Assembly: GCA_902560675.1 (NCBI GenBank)
Contig: CACEMP010000003.1
Span: 13,512 to 77,511 of the forward strand
Source of the DNA: an uncultured Alphaproteobacteria bacterium
GTDB lineage: Bacteria; Pseudomonadota; Alphaproteobacteria; HIMB59; GCA-002718135
Direction: 5' to 3'
Length of the DNA stretch: 64,000 nucleotides
The notes beneath the pieces are model-generated. The model did no database searches, was not told the DNA's origin, and worked only from the letters and a program-made list of their open reading frames with translations. The position numbers and the translations under genes are program-made. Shown here in pieces: positions 52,965-62,854 of this stretch. Within the stretch, counting starts at the first letter, position 1; the number at the start of each line of letters is the position of its first letter.

Positions 52965-54301
52965 TGATTGCAGACCTAGTAAGTTACGAAACAATTGCAA
53001 TAACTATGTTTGCAACAATGTTGCTAATGTTATTGACTGGCCAAAGAGTATTTGGAGCAATAGGATTTGTTGCAGCAATGGCTGCATTATTATTATGGGG
53101 TGATGGCGCAGTTGAAATGCCTTACACCGCAGCATGGAAACTATTTAAATGGTATCCCATGCTTACATTACCATTATTTATATACATGGGATATATGATC
53201 TCTGAATCTGGTATTGCAGATGATCTTTATAGAATGTTTCATGTTTATTTCGGAGGTATAAAAGGTGGTTTAGCAATTGGTACTATGGGAATGATGGTAG
53301 CTATATCTGCAATGAATGGTTTAAGTGTTGCAGGAATGGCAATTGGAGCCACCATTGCTTTACCAGCAATGTTAAAACTTGGTTATGATAAAAGAATGAT
53401 AACTGGTGTCGTTCAAGCAGGAAGTTCTTTAGGCATTTTAGTTCCGCCTAGCGTTGTTCTTGTTTTGTATGGAATGATTGCAAGGCAACCTGTAAGTAAA
53501 TTATGGCTTGCGGGTATTCTTCCTGGAATAATGATGGCAACATTATTTATTTTATACATTTACATAAGATGTAAGCTCCAACCTGAATTAGGCCCAGCTC
53601 TTCCAAAGGAAGAAAGACAAATTTCAAAAACTGAAAAATTGAAATTACTACAGGCAGGCTTAATACCTTTTGCAATTTTCTTTTCAATGACTGGATTATT
53701 TTTAATGGGTATCGCAAGTTTAGTAGAATGTTCTGCAGTTGGTGCATTTGGTGCAACTCTTGCAGCATTATTTAAAGGTAAATTAAATTGGCCTGTGATT
53801 GAAAATACTTTGAAAAAAACTTTAGGTGTTTCTTGTATGTTTATGTGGATAATCTTAGCTGCTTTAAGTTTTGGAGCCGTATTTGATGGCATAGGTGCTG
53901 TAAGAGCAATTGAAACTCTATTCATAGAAAGATGGAACCTAAGTCCTTGGGGTGTTTTAATAATGATGCAACTATCTTACATTTTAATGGGAATGTTTTT
54001 AGATGATACAGCAATGTTAGTAATTGTCGCGCCTTTATATGTCCCTCTTATAATTGCTTTGGGTTTTAATCCAATTTGGTATGGGGTTTTGTACACAATT
54101 ACATGTCAAATTGCATATATGACTCCACCATTTGGATACAATTTATTTTTAATGCGAGCTATGGCCCCAAAAGAAATTGACTTGATAGACATATATAGAT
54201 CAATTATTCCATTTGTATTAGTTATGTGTTTAGGCTTAGCTATAGTAATGATTTTTCCTGAAATTGCGACTTGGCTTCCTGATTATGTCTCTAGACGATA
54301 G
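52964..54301 (+). CDS. TRAP transporter large permease (DctM)
   Basis: LPLFIYMG, SLGILVPPS, TPPFGYNLF, FPEIATWLP. Confidence 0.92.
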   Translation: MIADLVSYETIAITMFATMLLMLLTGQRVFGAIGFVAAMAALLLWGDGAVEMPYTAAWKLFKWYPMLTLPLFIYMGYMISESGIADDLYRMFHVYFGGIKGGLAIGTMGMMVAISAMNGLSVAGMAIGATIALPAMLKLGYDKRMITGVVQAGSSLGILVPPSVVLVLYGMIARQPVSKLWLAGILPGIMMATLFILYIYIRCKLQPELGPALPKEERQISKTEKLKLLQAGLIPFAIFFSMTGLFLMGIASLVECSAVGAFGATLAALFKGKLNWPVIENTLKKTLGVSCMFMWIILAALSFGAVFDGIGAVRAIETLFIERWNLSPWGVLIMMQLSYILMGMFLDDTAMLVIVAPLYVPLIIALGFNPIWYGVLYTITCQIAYMTPPFGYNLFLMRAMAPKEIDLIDIYRSIIPFVLVMCLGLAIVMIFPEIATWLPDYVSRR

Positions 54302-54398
54302 CTAATTTGTTTATAAAGTATTCCTAATTTTCTTGATTTATTTTTTTTAAAATAGTTAAATCACCTATTATTTCTATTTACTTTTGAAAGGGGGTATT

Positions 54399-55469
54399 AT
54401 GAAAAATAAAAAAAATCTTACTAAAAGACGTGAGTTTTTAAAAAAAGCCGGATTAATATCTGCAGGTGCGATTGGTGCTTCAACGTTAGCAGCTCCTTAT
54501 GGTTATGCAGCAACTAATCCCATTAAATGGAGATTACAAACATATTCAGGCGCGCCATTAGGGGCACATGTTGTACTTCCTCAAATTGAAGCATTTAATA
54601 AAGCAGCGCATGGTGAAATGGAAATTGAACTTTTTTATGCAGATCAATTAGTTCCTACAGATGAGCTATTCAGAGCTATGCAAGCTGGAACCATTGATGC
54701 CGTTCAGAGTGATGATGCAACTATGGGATCACCTGTCGATATATCTGTTTTTGGAGGTTATTTTCCATTTGCAACAAGATATAGTTTGGATGTGCCAGCA
54801 ATGTTTAAATATTATGGCTTAGATGAAATTTGGGCAGAGGCATACGGAGAAGTAAGAGATGTAACATGGCTGAGTACTTCCGCTTGGGATCCATGTCATT
54901 TATTTACTGTAAATAAAAAAATTACTTCACTGGCTGATATGAAAGGTTTGAGAGTTTTTGGTGTTCCAACAGCTGGACGTTTCTTAGCACAATATGGTTT
55001 AATTCCTGTAATTGTCCCTTGGGATGATGTTGAAGTTGCAATGCAAACAGGAGAGCTTGATGGTGTATGTTGGTGTGGATTTACTGAAGCTTATGAAGTT
55101 GGCTGGGCTGATATTTGTAATTATGCGTTAACTAATTCAGTTACAGGCGCTTGGTTTGGCTCATATTTTGCCAATTCTAAAAGTTGGGAAAAACTATCAC
55201 CTAAACTTCAAGAATTATTTAAGATGTCTATCGATCAATCTCATTACTATAGACAAGTATGGTATTGGGGAGGAGAGGCAGACTTAAGAGTAAATGGCAA
55301 AAAAATGGAACTTACTAGTCTACCAGCAAATGAATGGTCAGGTGTTGTAAAAGATGCTGAAAAATTCTGGGATGATGTAGCTAGCTCAAGCCCTAGAAGC
55401 GGTAAAGTTGTTGAAGCATTCAAATTATATGCAGCAACAATGGATAAAGCAGGATATCCTTATAGATAA
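54399..55469 (+). CDS. TRAP substrate-binding protein, Tat-exported, amine(ethanolamine)-binding type
   Basis: KRREFLK Tat motif; WRLQT; GLRVF at the position of the usual carboxylate-binding Arg; ATG 54399 after SD AAAGGGGG. Confidence 0.85.
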   Translation: MKNKKNLTKRREFLKKAGLISAGAIGASTLAAPYGYAATNPIKWRLQTYSGAPLGAHVVLPQIEAFNKAAHGEMEIELFYADQLVPTDELFRAMQAGTIDAVQSDDATMGSPVDISVFGGYFPFATRYSLDVPAMFKYYGLDEIWAEAYGEVRDVTWLSTSAWDPCHLFTVNKKITSLADMKGLRVFGVPTAGRFLAQYGLIPVIVPWDDVEVAMQTGELDGVCWCGFTEAYEVGWADICNYALTNSVTGAWFGSYFANSKSWEKLSPKLQELFKMSIDQSHYYRQVWYWGGEADLRVNGKKMELTSLPANEWSGVVKDAEKFWDDVASSSPRSGKVVEAFKLYAATMDKAGYPYR

Positions 55470-55476
55470 TATTTTT

Positions 55477-55507
55477 AATCCAGCACTCTAATAGTGCTGG
55501 ATTTTTT
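55477..55507 (+). terminator. Intrinsic terminator / stabilising hairpin after the TRAP SBP gene
   Basis: AATCCAGCACT-CTAAT-AGTGCTGGATT followed by TTTT. Confidence 0.8.
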
Positions 55508-55520
55508 AAAGGCTAATTTA

Positions 55521-56879
55521 ATGACAATTACTTTCAACGATCTAAAGAAAGCTATCAAAAATGATGAAATTGATACAGTATTAGTTTGTGTCTCAGATAT
55601 GCAGGGAAGATTAAATGGTAAAAGAGTTACTGGCAAGGCATTCATAGACTACGTTCATAAGGAAACTCATATGTGCGATTATCTTTATACAGTAGATATG
55701 GATATGTTTACTGTTCCTGGGTATAAATCTTCTTCATGGGAAACCGGGTATGGCGACATGACTGTAATCCCTGACTTGAAATCAATAAAAATTGCAACTT
55801 GGTTAGAAAAAACAGCAATTGTGATTTGTGATTGCCTTGACCATCATGGCAAAAAACCGCTTGTTCATTCAACTAGACAAATTTTAAAAGATGTTATTGC
55901 TAAGGCAAATAAAATGGGGTTTGATCCTATGATTGGATCAGAATTAGAATTTTTTTTATTTGATCAAACCTATGATGAAATTCACAATAATAATTACAAA
56001 AATTTAAAAGAGTCATCTTGGTACATACAAGATTATATGATTTTCCAAACAACTAAGGAAGAAGATGTAATGAGAGAGTTAAGAAATTCTCTCCTCAAAT
56101 CTGGAATTTATGTTGAATGTTCAAAGGGTGAGGCAGCTCCAGGACAAGAGGAAATAAATGTTGTCTTCACAGACGCATTAAATATGGCAGATAATCATAT
56201 TTTGATTAAAAATGCTGCTAAAGAAATTGCTTATAAGAAAAATAAAGCAGTAACATTTATGGCAAAATATAAAGAAAATGTAGGCGGCAGTTCCTGTCAT
56301 GTTCATAATTCACTCTTTGATAAGAAAACTAAAAAAAATATTTTTTATAATTCAAAGGATAAATTTGGAATGTCAGATATATTCAAAAGTTATGTTGCTG
56401 GTCAGATAAAATTTTTATCTGATATTTCTATTTTTTTAGCACCAAATATAAATTCTTATAAAAGATTCCAAGAGGGTTCTTTCGCTCCAACAAAGTCAGT
56501 TTGGGGTATAGATAATAGAACTGCTGGTTTTAGATTAGCAGGTCATGGTTCTTCAATAAGAATAGAGTGTAGAGTACCAGGTGCAGATGTTAATCCTTAT
56601 TTAGCTTTTGCTGCACTTGTCGGTGCTGGATTGTATGGAATAAAAAATAAACTTAAACTAGAGGAGCCTTACAGTGGGAATATCTATGAAAAGAAAGTAA
56701 GGGAAGTTCCAAAAACATTAAATGAAGCAATTCAATTAGCTAAAAAATCTAAATTATTACCAGAAATTTTTCAATCTGATGTTTTAGATCATTATATCCA
56801 TGCAGCTGAGTGGGAACAAAAAGATTATGATTTATCAGTTAACGACTGGCAGCTTAGAAGATATTTTGAAAGAGGATAA
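55521..56879 (+). CDS. Glutamine-synthetase-like gamma-glutamylamide ligase (PuuA/ethanolamine glutamylase type)
   Basis: DMQGRL.GKR, ELEFFL, KGEAAPGQEEIN, GSSCHVH, DNRTAGFR, IECRVPGADVNPY; start moved to ATG 55521. Confidence 0.87.
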   Translation: MTITFNDLKKAIKNDEIDTVLVCVSDMQGRLNGKRVTGKAFIDYVHKETHMCDYLYTVDMDMFTVPGYKSSSWETGYGDMTVIPDLKSIKIATWLEKTAIVICDCLDHHGKKPLVHSTRQILKDVIAKANKMGFDPMIGSELEFFLFDQTYDEIHNNNYKNLKESSWYIQDYMIFQTTKEEDVMRELRNSLLKSGIYVECSKGEAAPGQEEINVVFTDALNMADNHILIKNAAKEIAYKKNKAVTFMAKYKENVGGSSCHVHNSLFDKKTKKNIFYNSKDKFGMSDIFKSYVAGQIKFLSDISIFLAPNINSYKRFQEGSFAPTKSVWGIDNRTAGFRLAGHGSSIRIECRVPGADVNPYLAFAALVGAGLYGIKNKLKLEEPYSGNIYEKKVREVPKTLNEAIQLAKKSKLLPEIFQSDVLDHYIHAAEWEQKDYDLSVNDWQLRRYFERG

Positions 56880-56881
56880 AA

Positions 56882-57634
56882 TTAAGGTTTAGCCCTAAGA
56901 CCCCCGTCGACAATTAATTCAGTACCGGTAATAAAACTGCTTTCATCGCTTAGAAGAAACATTGTTGAACTTGCTATATCACTAGGTTTTCCAACTCTTC
57001 TGAGTGGTATAACGTTAGATAGATTTTTTTTTGATTCTGGATTTTTTTTCCATCTTTCCTGCATTGGGGTCTCTATTGGTCCTGGCAATATAGAATTTGA
57101 TCTTATATTTTTGCTTGCAAACTGAATAGATATTGATTTTGAAAGTCGTAATAAAGCCGCCTTTGATGATCCATAAGCATCTTGAGGTTTATTGTCTCCA
57201 GATAAAGCATCAATAGATGAAATATGAACTATAGATCCAAATTTATTTTTTTTCATTTGAGGAAGTATACTTTGCAAAACAATTACAATTGAATTTAGGT
57301 TTATAGAAAAAACTTTATCCCATGTGTTGATTTCAATTTTTTCTAAACTTACATCTTTATCAAACCACAAAACACCTGCTGCATTAATTACATATTCAAT
57401 TTTTTTATATTTTTTCTTTAGTTCTGTTAAACATAATTGTAAATTTTTATAGTCTGATAAATCTATTTTTATAAATTCAACAAATTTATTTAATAGTATT
57501 TTTTTACTTGGAGTATTTATGTCTAAAATTATGACTTTAATTTTATTTTTGATTAGTTTTTTTACTATTGATAATCCAATTCCACCAGAACCACCGGTAA
57601 TAAGAGCTGTTCTTCCTGAGAAATTTAATTTCAT
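56882..57634 (-). CDS. Short-chain dehydrogenase/reductase
   Basis: TGGSGGIG, NAAG, SS, YGSSK, PG.IETPM, VDGG. Confidence 0.9.
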   Translation of the reverse strand: MKLNFSGRTALITGGSGGIGLSIVKKLIKNKIKVIILDINTPSKKILLNKFVEFIKIDLSDYKNLQLCLTELKKKYKKIEYVINAAGVLWFDKDVSLEKIEINTWDKVFSINLNSIVIVLQSILPQMKKNKFGSIVHISSIDALSGDNKPQDAYGSSKAALLRLSKSISIQFASKNIRSNSILPGPIETPMQERWKKNPESKKNLSNVIPLRRVGKPSDIASSTMFLLSDESSFITGTELIVDGGLRAKP

Positions 57635-57704
57635 AAACAAACTATATATATAATTTAAAAAAATTTAATTGATTTAATTAATTAAAATAACTAAACCAAT
57701 TAAT

Positions 57705-59084
57705 ATGCTTAAAACTGTTACTCCAATTGATAATTCTATACTGGTAGAGAGAAATTTTGCGACTGATAGTGAAATAGAAACTGTTCTTCAAAATGCTTAC
57801 AACGCTAGGAAAGAGTGGAGAGAAACTTCTTTACGTGAAAGAAAAGAAATAATTAGTAATTTTGTAAAATCATTCCTTTCGAATGATGAAGAAATCATTG
57901 AAAATTTATGCAAACAAATTGGTAGACCAATTATTCAATGTCCAGGTGAAATGAGAGGTTTTGAAGAAAGAGCAAATTATATGGTTGATAACTCTGATAG
58001 AGCTTTAGAGGATTTGGTATCTAGAAAAGACTCAGAATTTGATAATTATATAAAAAAGGAACCACTTGGTACAATTTTTGTAATTGCACCTTGGAATTAT
58101 CCATTTAATACTTCTGTTAACTCTATTGTTCCAAGTCTGTTATCAGGTAATACTGTTATTTTAAAACATTCATCTCAAACACCATTATGTGCTGAACAAT
58201 TATTTGATGCTGCTACAAATGCATCATTGCCAAAGAATATATTTCAATTTCTACATTTAGATCATTCATCTACATCAAAAGTAATTTCTGACAATCGAAT
58301 AAATCATGTTTTATTTACTGGCTCAGTGAGTGGAGGAAGAGAAATAAAAAAATCTATTGGCACAAGATTTATTGGTGCAGGATTAGAACTTGGAGGAAAA
58401 GATCCGGCTTATGTGAGAAGTGATTGTAATCTTGAGCATGCAATCGAAAATTTAGTAGATGGATCATATTTTAATTCAGGTCAGTCCTGTTGTGGTATAG
58501 AAAGAATATATGTTGATGAAAATATATATGATAAATTTATTGATGGTTTTAAATCAATTACAGAAAAATATATTTTAGGCAATCCCCTAGAAGAAAATAC
58601 TAATTTAGGACCAGTTGTTAGATTGAATGCTGCAAAATATATTAGAGAACAGGTTTCTCGAGCATTTAATATGGGTGCAAAAAATATAATTGACTCAAAT
58701 AAATTTAAAGCTGATGATGGGCTTAATTGCTATGTAAGTCCTTCGGCTTTAATACAAGTAGATCATTCAATGGAATTTATGAAAGAAGAAACTTTTGGCC
58801 CAACTGTTGGAATTATGAAAGTAAAGAATGAAAATGATGCAATTAATTTAATGAATGACAGTGCTTATGGGCTAACTGCAAGTATCTGGACTTCTGATAA
58901 AGAATTTGTACAAATTATGGGATCTAAAATAGAGACAGGTACTTTATTTATGAATAGATGTGATTATTTAGATCCAGGATTGGCTTGGACAGGAGTAAAA
59001 GATACTGGTATTGGTGTAACTCTTTCTGTTTTAGGATTTGATCATCTGACTCGAGCCAAAAGTTATCATATTAGGACTATTTGA
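57705..59084 (+). CDS. Aldehyde dehydrogenase (gamma-glutamyl-aminoaldehyde dehydrogenase candidate)
   Basis: PWNYP, FTGSV.GG, ELGGKDP, FNSGQSCCGIER, RCDYLDPGLAWTGVKDTG. Confidence 0.88.
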   Translation: MLKTVTPIDNSILVERNFATDSEIETVLQNAYNARKEWRETSLRERKEIISNFVKSFLSNDEEIIENLCKQIGRPIIQCPGEMRGFEERANYMVDNSDRALEDLVSRKDSEFDNYIKKEPLGTIFVIAPWNYPFNTSVNSIVPSLLSGNTVILKHSSQTPLCAEQLFDAATNASLPKNIFQFLHLDHSSTSKVISDNRINHVLFTGSVSGGREIKKSIGTRFIGAGLELGGKDPAYVRSDCNLEHAIENLVDGSYFNSGQSCCGIERIYVDENIYDKFIDGFKSITEKYILGNPLEENTNLGPVVRLNAAKYIREQVSRAFNMGAKNIIDSNKFKADDGLNCYVSPSALIQVDHSMEFMKEETFGPTVGIMKVKNENDAINLMNDSAYGLTASIWTSDKEFVQIMGSKIETGTLFMNRCDYLDPGLAWTGVKDTGIGVTLSVLGFDHLTRAKSYHIRTI

Positions 59085-60253
59085 TGGAAATTAAAAATAT
59101 AGATTGGAATTACCCAACATCAATGTGGTTTGGTTTAAATAGAGTAAAGGATGTTCAGAAAGCATGTGATGAGTTGAATATAAAAAACCCTTTGATAGTT
59201 ACTGATCCAGGAATTTTACAAACTGATATAATTAGTAAAATTAATGGAGCTTTAAATAAGAAAGCAGAGATATTTAGTGATGTAAAATCTAATCCAACTG
59301 GACAAAATGTAGAAGAGGGCGTTAAGAAATTTAATCAAAATAGCCATGATGGTGTTATTGCAGTTGGAGGAGGTTCTGGAATGGATACTGGAAAAGGTAT
59401 AGCCTTTATGTCCAAACAAGAAAGACCACTATGGGACTTTGAAGATGTTGAAGATTGGTGGACAAGAGCTAAATCTGAATTAATTTTTCCAATAATTGCT
59501 ATTCCAACTACTGCAGGTACTGGTTCAGAAACTGGTAGAGCATCAGTTTTTACCAATGAATTAACAAAAGAAAAAAAAATAATATTTCATCCAAAAATGT
59601 TACCCTCTGTTGTTATATTAGATCCAGATTTAACAATACCACTGCCCTCAACACTGACTGCATTTACAGGTATGGATGCATTAGCTCATTGTCTTGAGGC
59701 ATATTCATCAGTAAAATTTCATCCTTTATCACAGGGTATTGCTTTAGAGGGTATGAAAATGATTAAAGATAATCTTCTAAAAGCCTTTATTGATGGTTCT
59801 GATATAAATGCTAGAGCAAAAATGTTGGCAACATCTTCTATGGGCTCTATAGCTTTTCAAAAAGGGCTAGGAGCAATACACTCTTTAAGCCATCCCGTTG
59901 GAGCAATCTACAATACGCATCATGGTTTAACTAATGCTGTTTTTATGCCATATGTATTAAATAGAAATAAGGAAATGATTGAAAAAAAAATAATCGATCT
60001 GTCTAAATATTTAGGATTATCTAATCCATCATTTGATAGCTTTCTAAATTGGGTATTAGATTTGAGGAAATCTTTAAATATTCCTAATACATTAAAGGAA
60101 TTAATTAATGATGACTCCAAGTTTGAATTAATGAGTGAAATGGCAATGAAAGATCCTTCAACTGCAACAAATCCAGTATCTCTAAATAAGAATGATTTTT
60201 TTAAATTATATCAAGATTCTTACAGAGGTGATTTAAAAAATAGTGTTAATTAA
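59084..60253 (+). CDS. Iron-containing alcohol dehydrogenase
   Basis: GGGSGMD.GK, PTTAGTGSE, GMDALAHCLE, H.LSH....HHG. Confidence 0.92.
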   Translation: MEIKNIDWNYPTSMWFGLNRVKDVQKACDELNIKNPLIVTDPGILQTDIISKINGALNKKAEIFSDVKSNPTGQNVEEGVKKFNQNSHDGVIAVGGGSGMDTGKGIAFMSKQERPLWDFEDVEDWWTRAKSELIFPIIAIPTTAGTGSETGRASVFTNELTKEKKIIFHPKMLPSVVILDPDLTIPLPSTLTAFTGMDALAHCLEAYSSVKFHPLSQGIALEGMKMIKDNLLKAFIDGSDINARAKMLATSSMGSIAFQKGLGAIHSLSHPVGAIYNTHHGLTNAVFMPYVLNRNKEMIEKKIIDLSKYLGLSNPSFDSFLNWVLDLRKSLNIPNTLKELINDDSKFELMSEMAMKDPSTATNPVSLNKNDFFKLYQDSYRGDLKNSVN

Positions 60254-61307
60254 TAAAAGAAAAATTGGCAAAACTGATATTATGGTATCAGAACTTGCTT
60301 TTGGAACCGCTCCTTTGGGAGGTTGGCCAATTGCTGTTACTGATGAAAGTGCTGAAAATTCACTAAAAGCAGCTTGGGATCAAGGTATCAGATATTTTGA
60401 TACAGCTCCTTTATATGGTTCAGGAATGTCTGAAATAAGACTTGGTAATTTTTTAAAAACTCAAAATCGAGATGAATTTGTCATTTCAACTAAGGTTGGA
60501 AGATTAATTGTTGAAACTTCAAAATCTAATGCGGCAGAAAAATTTATTGGTTCACCAAAAGATAAAGATTCAAAATTTGATTTTTCTTATGATGCTACAA
60601 TGAAATCTTTTGAAGAAAGTTTGTCTCGTTTGGGTTTAGAAAATGTTGATATTTTATATTTGCACGACCCAGATAACCACGTTGATCACTTTAATGATGC
60701 AAAAAAAGGTGCTGTTAAAGCATTAATTAAATTGAAAGACGAAGGAGTAGTTAAAGCAATTGGTTGCGGGATGAATCAAAATGAAATGCTCATAGAGTTT
60801 GCTAAAGAGGGATGTTTTGATTGTTTTTTACTAGCTGGAAGATATACATTAATTGACCAAACAAGTTTGGATCAATTAATTCCCATATGTGAAAAAAATA
60901 ATATTTCACTTATACTAGGTGGTGTCTTTAATAGCGGTATTTTAATTAATCCAACTTCAGAATCATATTTTGATTATTCAAAACTTGATAGTAATTGGAA
61001 AAAAAATTTAATTGATAGCCTAGTCAGAAAACCAAAAGATTTTGAATCTGCAGAATACTGGTTGGGCAAAGCTAAAAAAATCAAAAGTGTATGTGATAAA
61101 TTTTCTTTAGAACTTAAACAAGCTGCAATTCAATTTCCCTATACAAATCCGATAGTATCAAGTTGTCTTCTTGGTATGACATCTCCAACTCAGGTTTTAG
61201 AAAACATTAATTTATTCAACAAAAAAATAAGTTCAGAATTTTGGCAATATTTAATTGAAAATAATTTAATAAGAAAAGAAATTAAACTAAAAAACTTTAA
61301 AGTGTAG
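60243..61307 (+). CDS. Aldo/keto reductase (D-threo-aldose/L-fucose dehydrogenase-like)
   Basis: FDTAPLYG.G.SE, STKVGR, FDFSYD, LHDPD, LAGRYTL, GGVFNSGIL. Confidence 0.85.
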   Translation: MLINKRKIGKTDIMVSELAFGTAPLGGWPIAVTDESAENSLKAAWDQGIRYFDTAPLYGSGMSEIRLGNFLKTQNRDEFVISTKVGRLIVETSKSNAAEKFIGSPKDKDSKFDFSYDATMKSFEESLSRLGLENVDILYLHDPDNHVDHFNDAKKGAVKALIKLKDEGVVKAIGCGMNQNEMLIEFAKEGCFDCFLLAGRYTLIDQTSLDQLIPICEKNNISLILGGVFNSGILINPTSESYFDYSKLDSNWKKNLIDSLVRKPKDFESAEYWLGKAKKIKSVCDKFSLELKQAAIQFPYTNPIVSSCLLGMTSPTQVLENINLFNKKISSEFWQYLIENNLIRKEIKLKNFKV

Positions 61308-62799
61308 GATCAATTACCCAAGGGTTAAATTCATCATCTCCATAATCATTCAATTCACTTTTTGATTTTTCACCAGAAGCAACAGATATTATTTTTTTAA
61401 AAATTTCTTCTCCCACTTCATCAATTGATTTTTCATTATCCATTATTGAACCAGCATTTATGTCCATATCTTCCTTTAGTTTATTAAACATATTCGTATT
61501 GGTTGCTATCTTAATACTTGGTGTTGGTTTAAAACCAAAACATGAACCTCTTCCTGTAGTAAAGCAGATTATGTTTGCACCAGAGGCTACTTGACCAGTA
61601 ACAGAAACAGGATCGTAACCTGGGCCATTCATAAAATTAAAACCTTTAATTGTAATTTTTTCTGCATAATCTAGAACATCTACCATTTGTCTACTTCCAC
61701 TTTTAGCTACTCCACCAAGTGATTTTTCTAAAATAGTTGTAAGACCACCTTTTTTATTTCCTGGAGATGGATTATTATCTAAAGAACTGTCATTCTTTGC
61801 AAGATGATTTTTCCACCAAGAAAGTTGATCTTTAATTTTGTTAATATTCCTATCATTAATTGATCTTTCAAAAAGTAAATGTTCGGCCCCATATATTTCA
61901 GTTGTTTCTGATAGTATAGATGAGCCTCCGTAATCAATTAAAATATCTGATGCAATTCCTAATGCTGGATTTGCTGTAATACCTGAATAAGAATCAGAAC
62001 CTCCACATTGTAATGCTACTACTAATTCTGATATAGGAATTTCACTACGCTTAATATCATTTAGTAATTCAAGTTGGTCAACAATTTTATTATATACTTT
62101 TTTTATGATTTGATTTGTACCACCTTCATCTTGAATATTTAAATATTCTACGTGATTATTTATTTGGTCATCATTATAAAGTGAAATTTGAGCACACTCA
62201 CATCCTAATCCAATTATAAATACTTTCGCAAAATTTGGATGAACTTTGAAACCTTCAATTGTTCTATTAAAAACATTCATTCCATAACTAGAAATATTCA
62301 TCCCACAGCCTGATGAATGTTTTAAACAAACAGCACCATCAATGTTAGAGAAATTTTCTTGTTTTAATTTTAAATTAATTTTATCTGCTATTTTTCTTAC
62401 AACAGTAGCTGAGCAGTTAACTGTGCTTATTAGTCCAATATAATTTCTGGTACCAGAGGATCCATTATTCCTCTTATATCCTTTAAAAAAAAGATCATTT
62501 TTATTTTTAATTTCTTTAATATTTTTTGTATTTTTTTTAAATGTTCTATCAAATTCTGAAAAAATAAGATTGTGTGAATGAACATGTTCTCCAGGTTTAA
62601 TATCTCTAATAGATTTACCTATTTTTTGACCATACTTAAATATATGCTCACCCTTTTTAATAGCTTTTAAAGATACTTTATGACCATAAGGAATATTGTT
62701 TATTGTTTTTATACCTATTTCTAAATCAACATTTATTGGAATATCCATTGGTGCAATACCAACATTATCATTTCGATTTAATTTGATTATATTGAACAT
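61297..62799 (-). CDS. UxaA-family altronate/galactarate dehydratase (SAF domain fused to GD_AH)
   Basis: GHKVSL...KYG, GTRN, TVNCS, H..GC, GLGCE, CGGSD..SG.TANPA.G, NPSPGNK.GG.TTI.EKSLG, FTTGRG. Confidence 0.9.
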   Translation of the reverse strand: MFNIIKLNRNDNVGIAPMDIPINVDLEIGIKTINNIPYGHKVSLKAIKKGEHIFKYGQKIGKSIRDIKPGEHVHSHNLIFSEFDRTFKKNTKNIKEIKNKNDLFFKGYKRNNGSSGTRNYIGLISTVNCSATVVRKIADKINLKLKQENFSNIDGAVCLKHSSGCGMNISSYGMNVFNRTIEGFKVHPNFAKVFIIGLGCECAQISLYNDDQINNHVEYLNIQDEGGTNQIIKKVYNKIVDQLELLNDIKRSEIPISELVVALQCGGSDSYSGITANPALGIASDILIDYGGSSILSETTEIYGAEHLLFERSINDRNINKIKDQLSWWKNHLAKNDSSLDNNPSPGNKKGGLTTILEKSLGGVAKSGSRQMVDVLDYAEKITIKGFNFMNGPGYDPVSVTGQVASGANIICFTTGRGSCFGFKPTPSIKIATNTNMFNKLKEDMDINAGSIMDNEKSIDEVGEEIFKKIISVASGEKSKSELNDYGDDEFNPWVIDPTL

Positions 62800-62854
62800 T
62801 TAATATTATGTATAATATAGATTTATAAATTTTTAAATAATATAGAAAATTTTA

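Noticed and set aside
55494-55520. GTG start of the GS-like gene
   Set aside because: It falls inside the terminator hairpin; ATG 55521 is preferred
55521-56879. Calling this gene glnA
   Set aside because: Motifs and context fit gamma-glutamylamide ligases rather than GSI
998-60120. About 30 short ORFs (60-164 aa) lying antisense to or out of frame within real genes, e.g. 13604-14098, 29504-29872, 48878-49204, 53560-53925
   Set aside because: They are almost entirely nested in well-conserved genes and have no motifs; typical shadow ORFs
61297-62799. Sulfolactate sulfo-lyase SuyAB
   Set aside because: Same family, but here it is a single fused polypeptide in a sugar context with no sulfonate genes; not excluded without phylogeny
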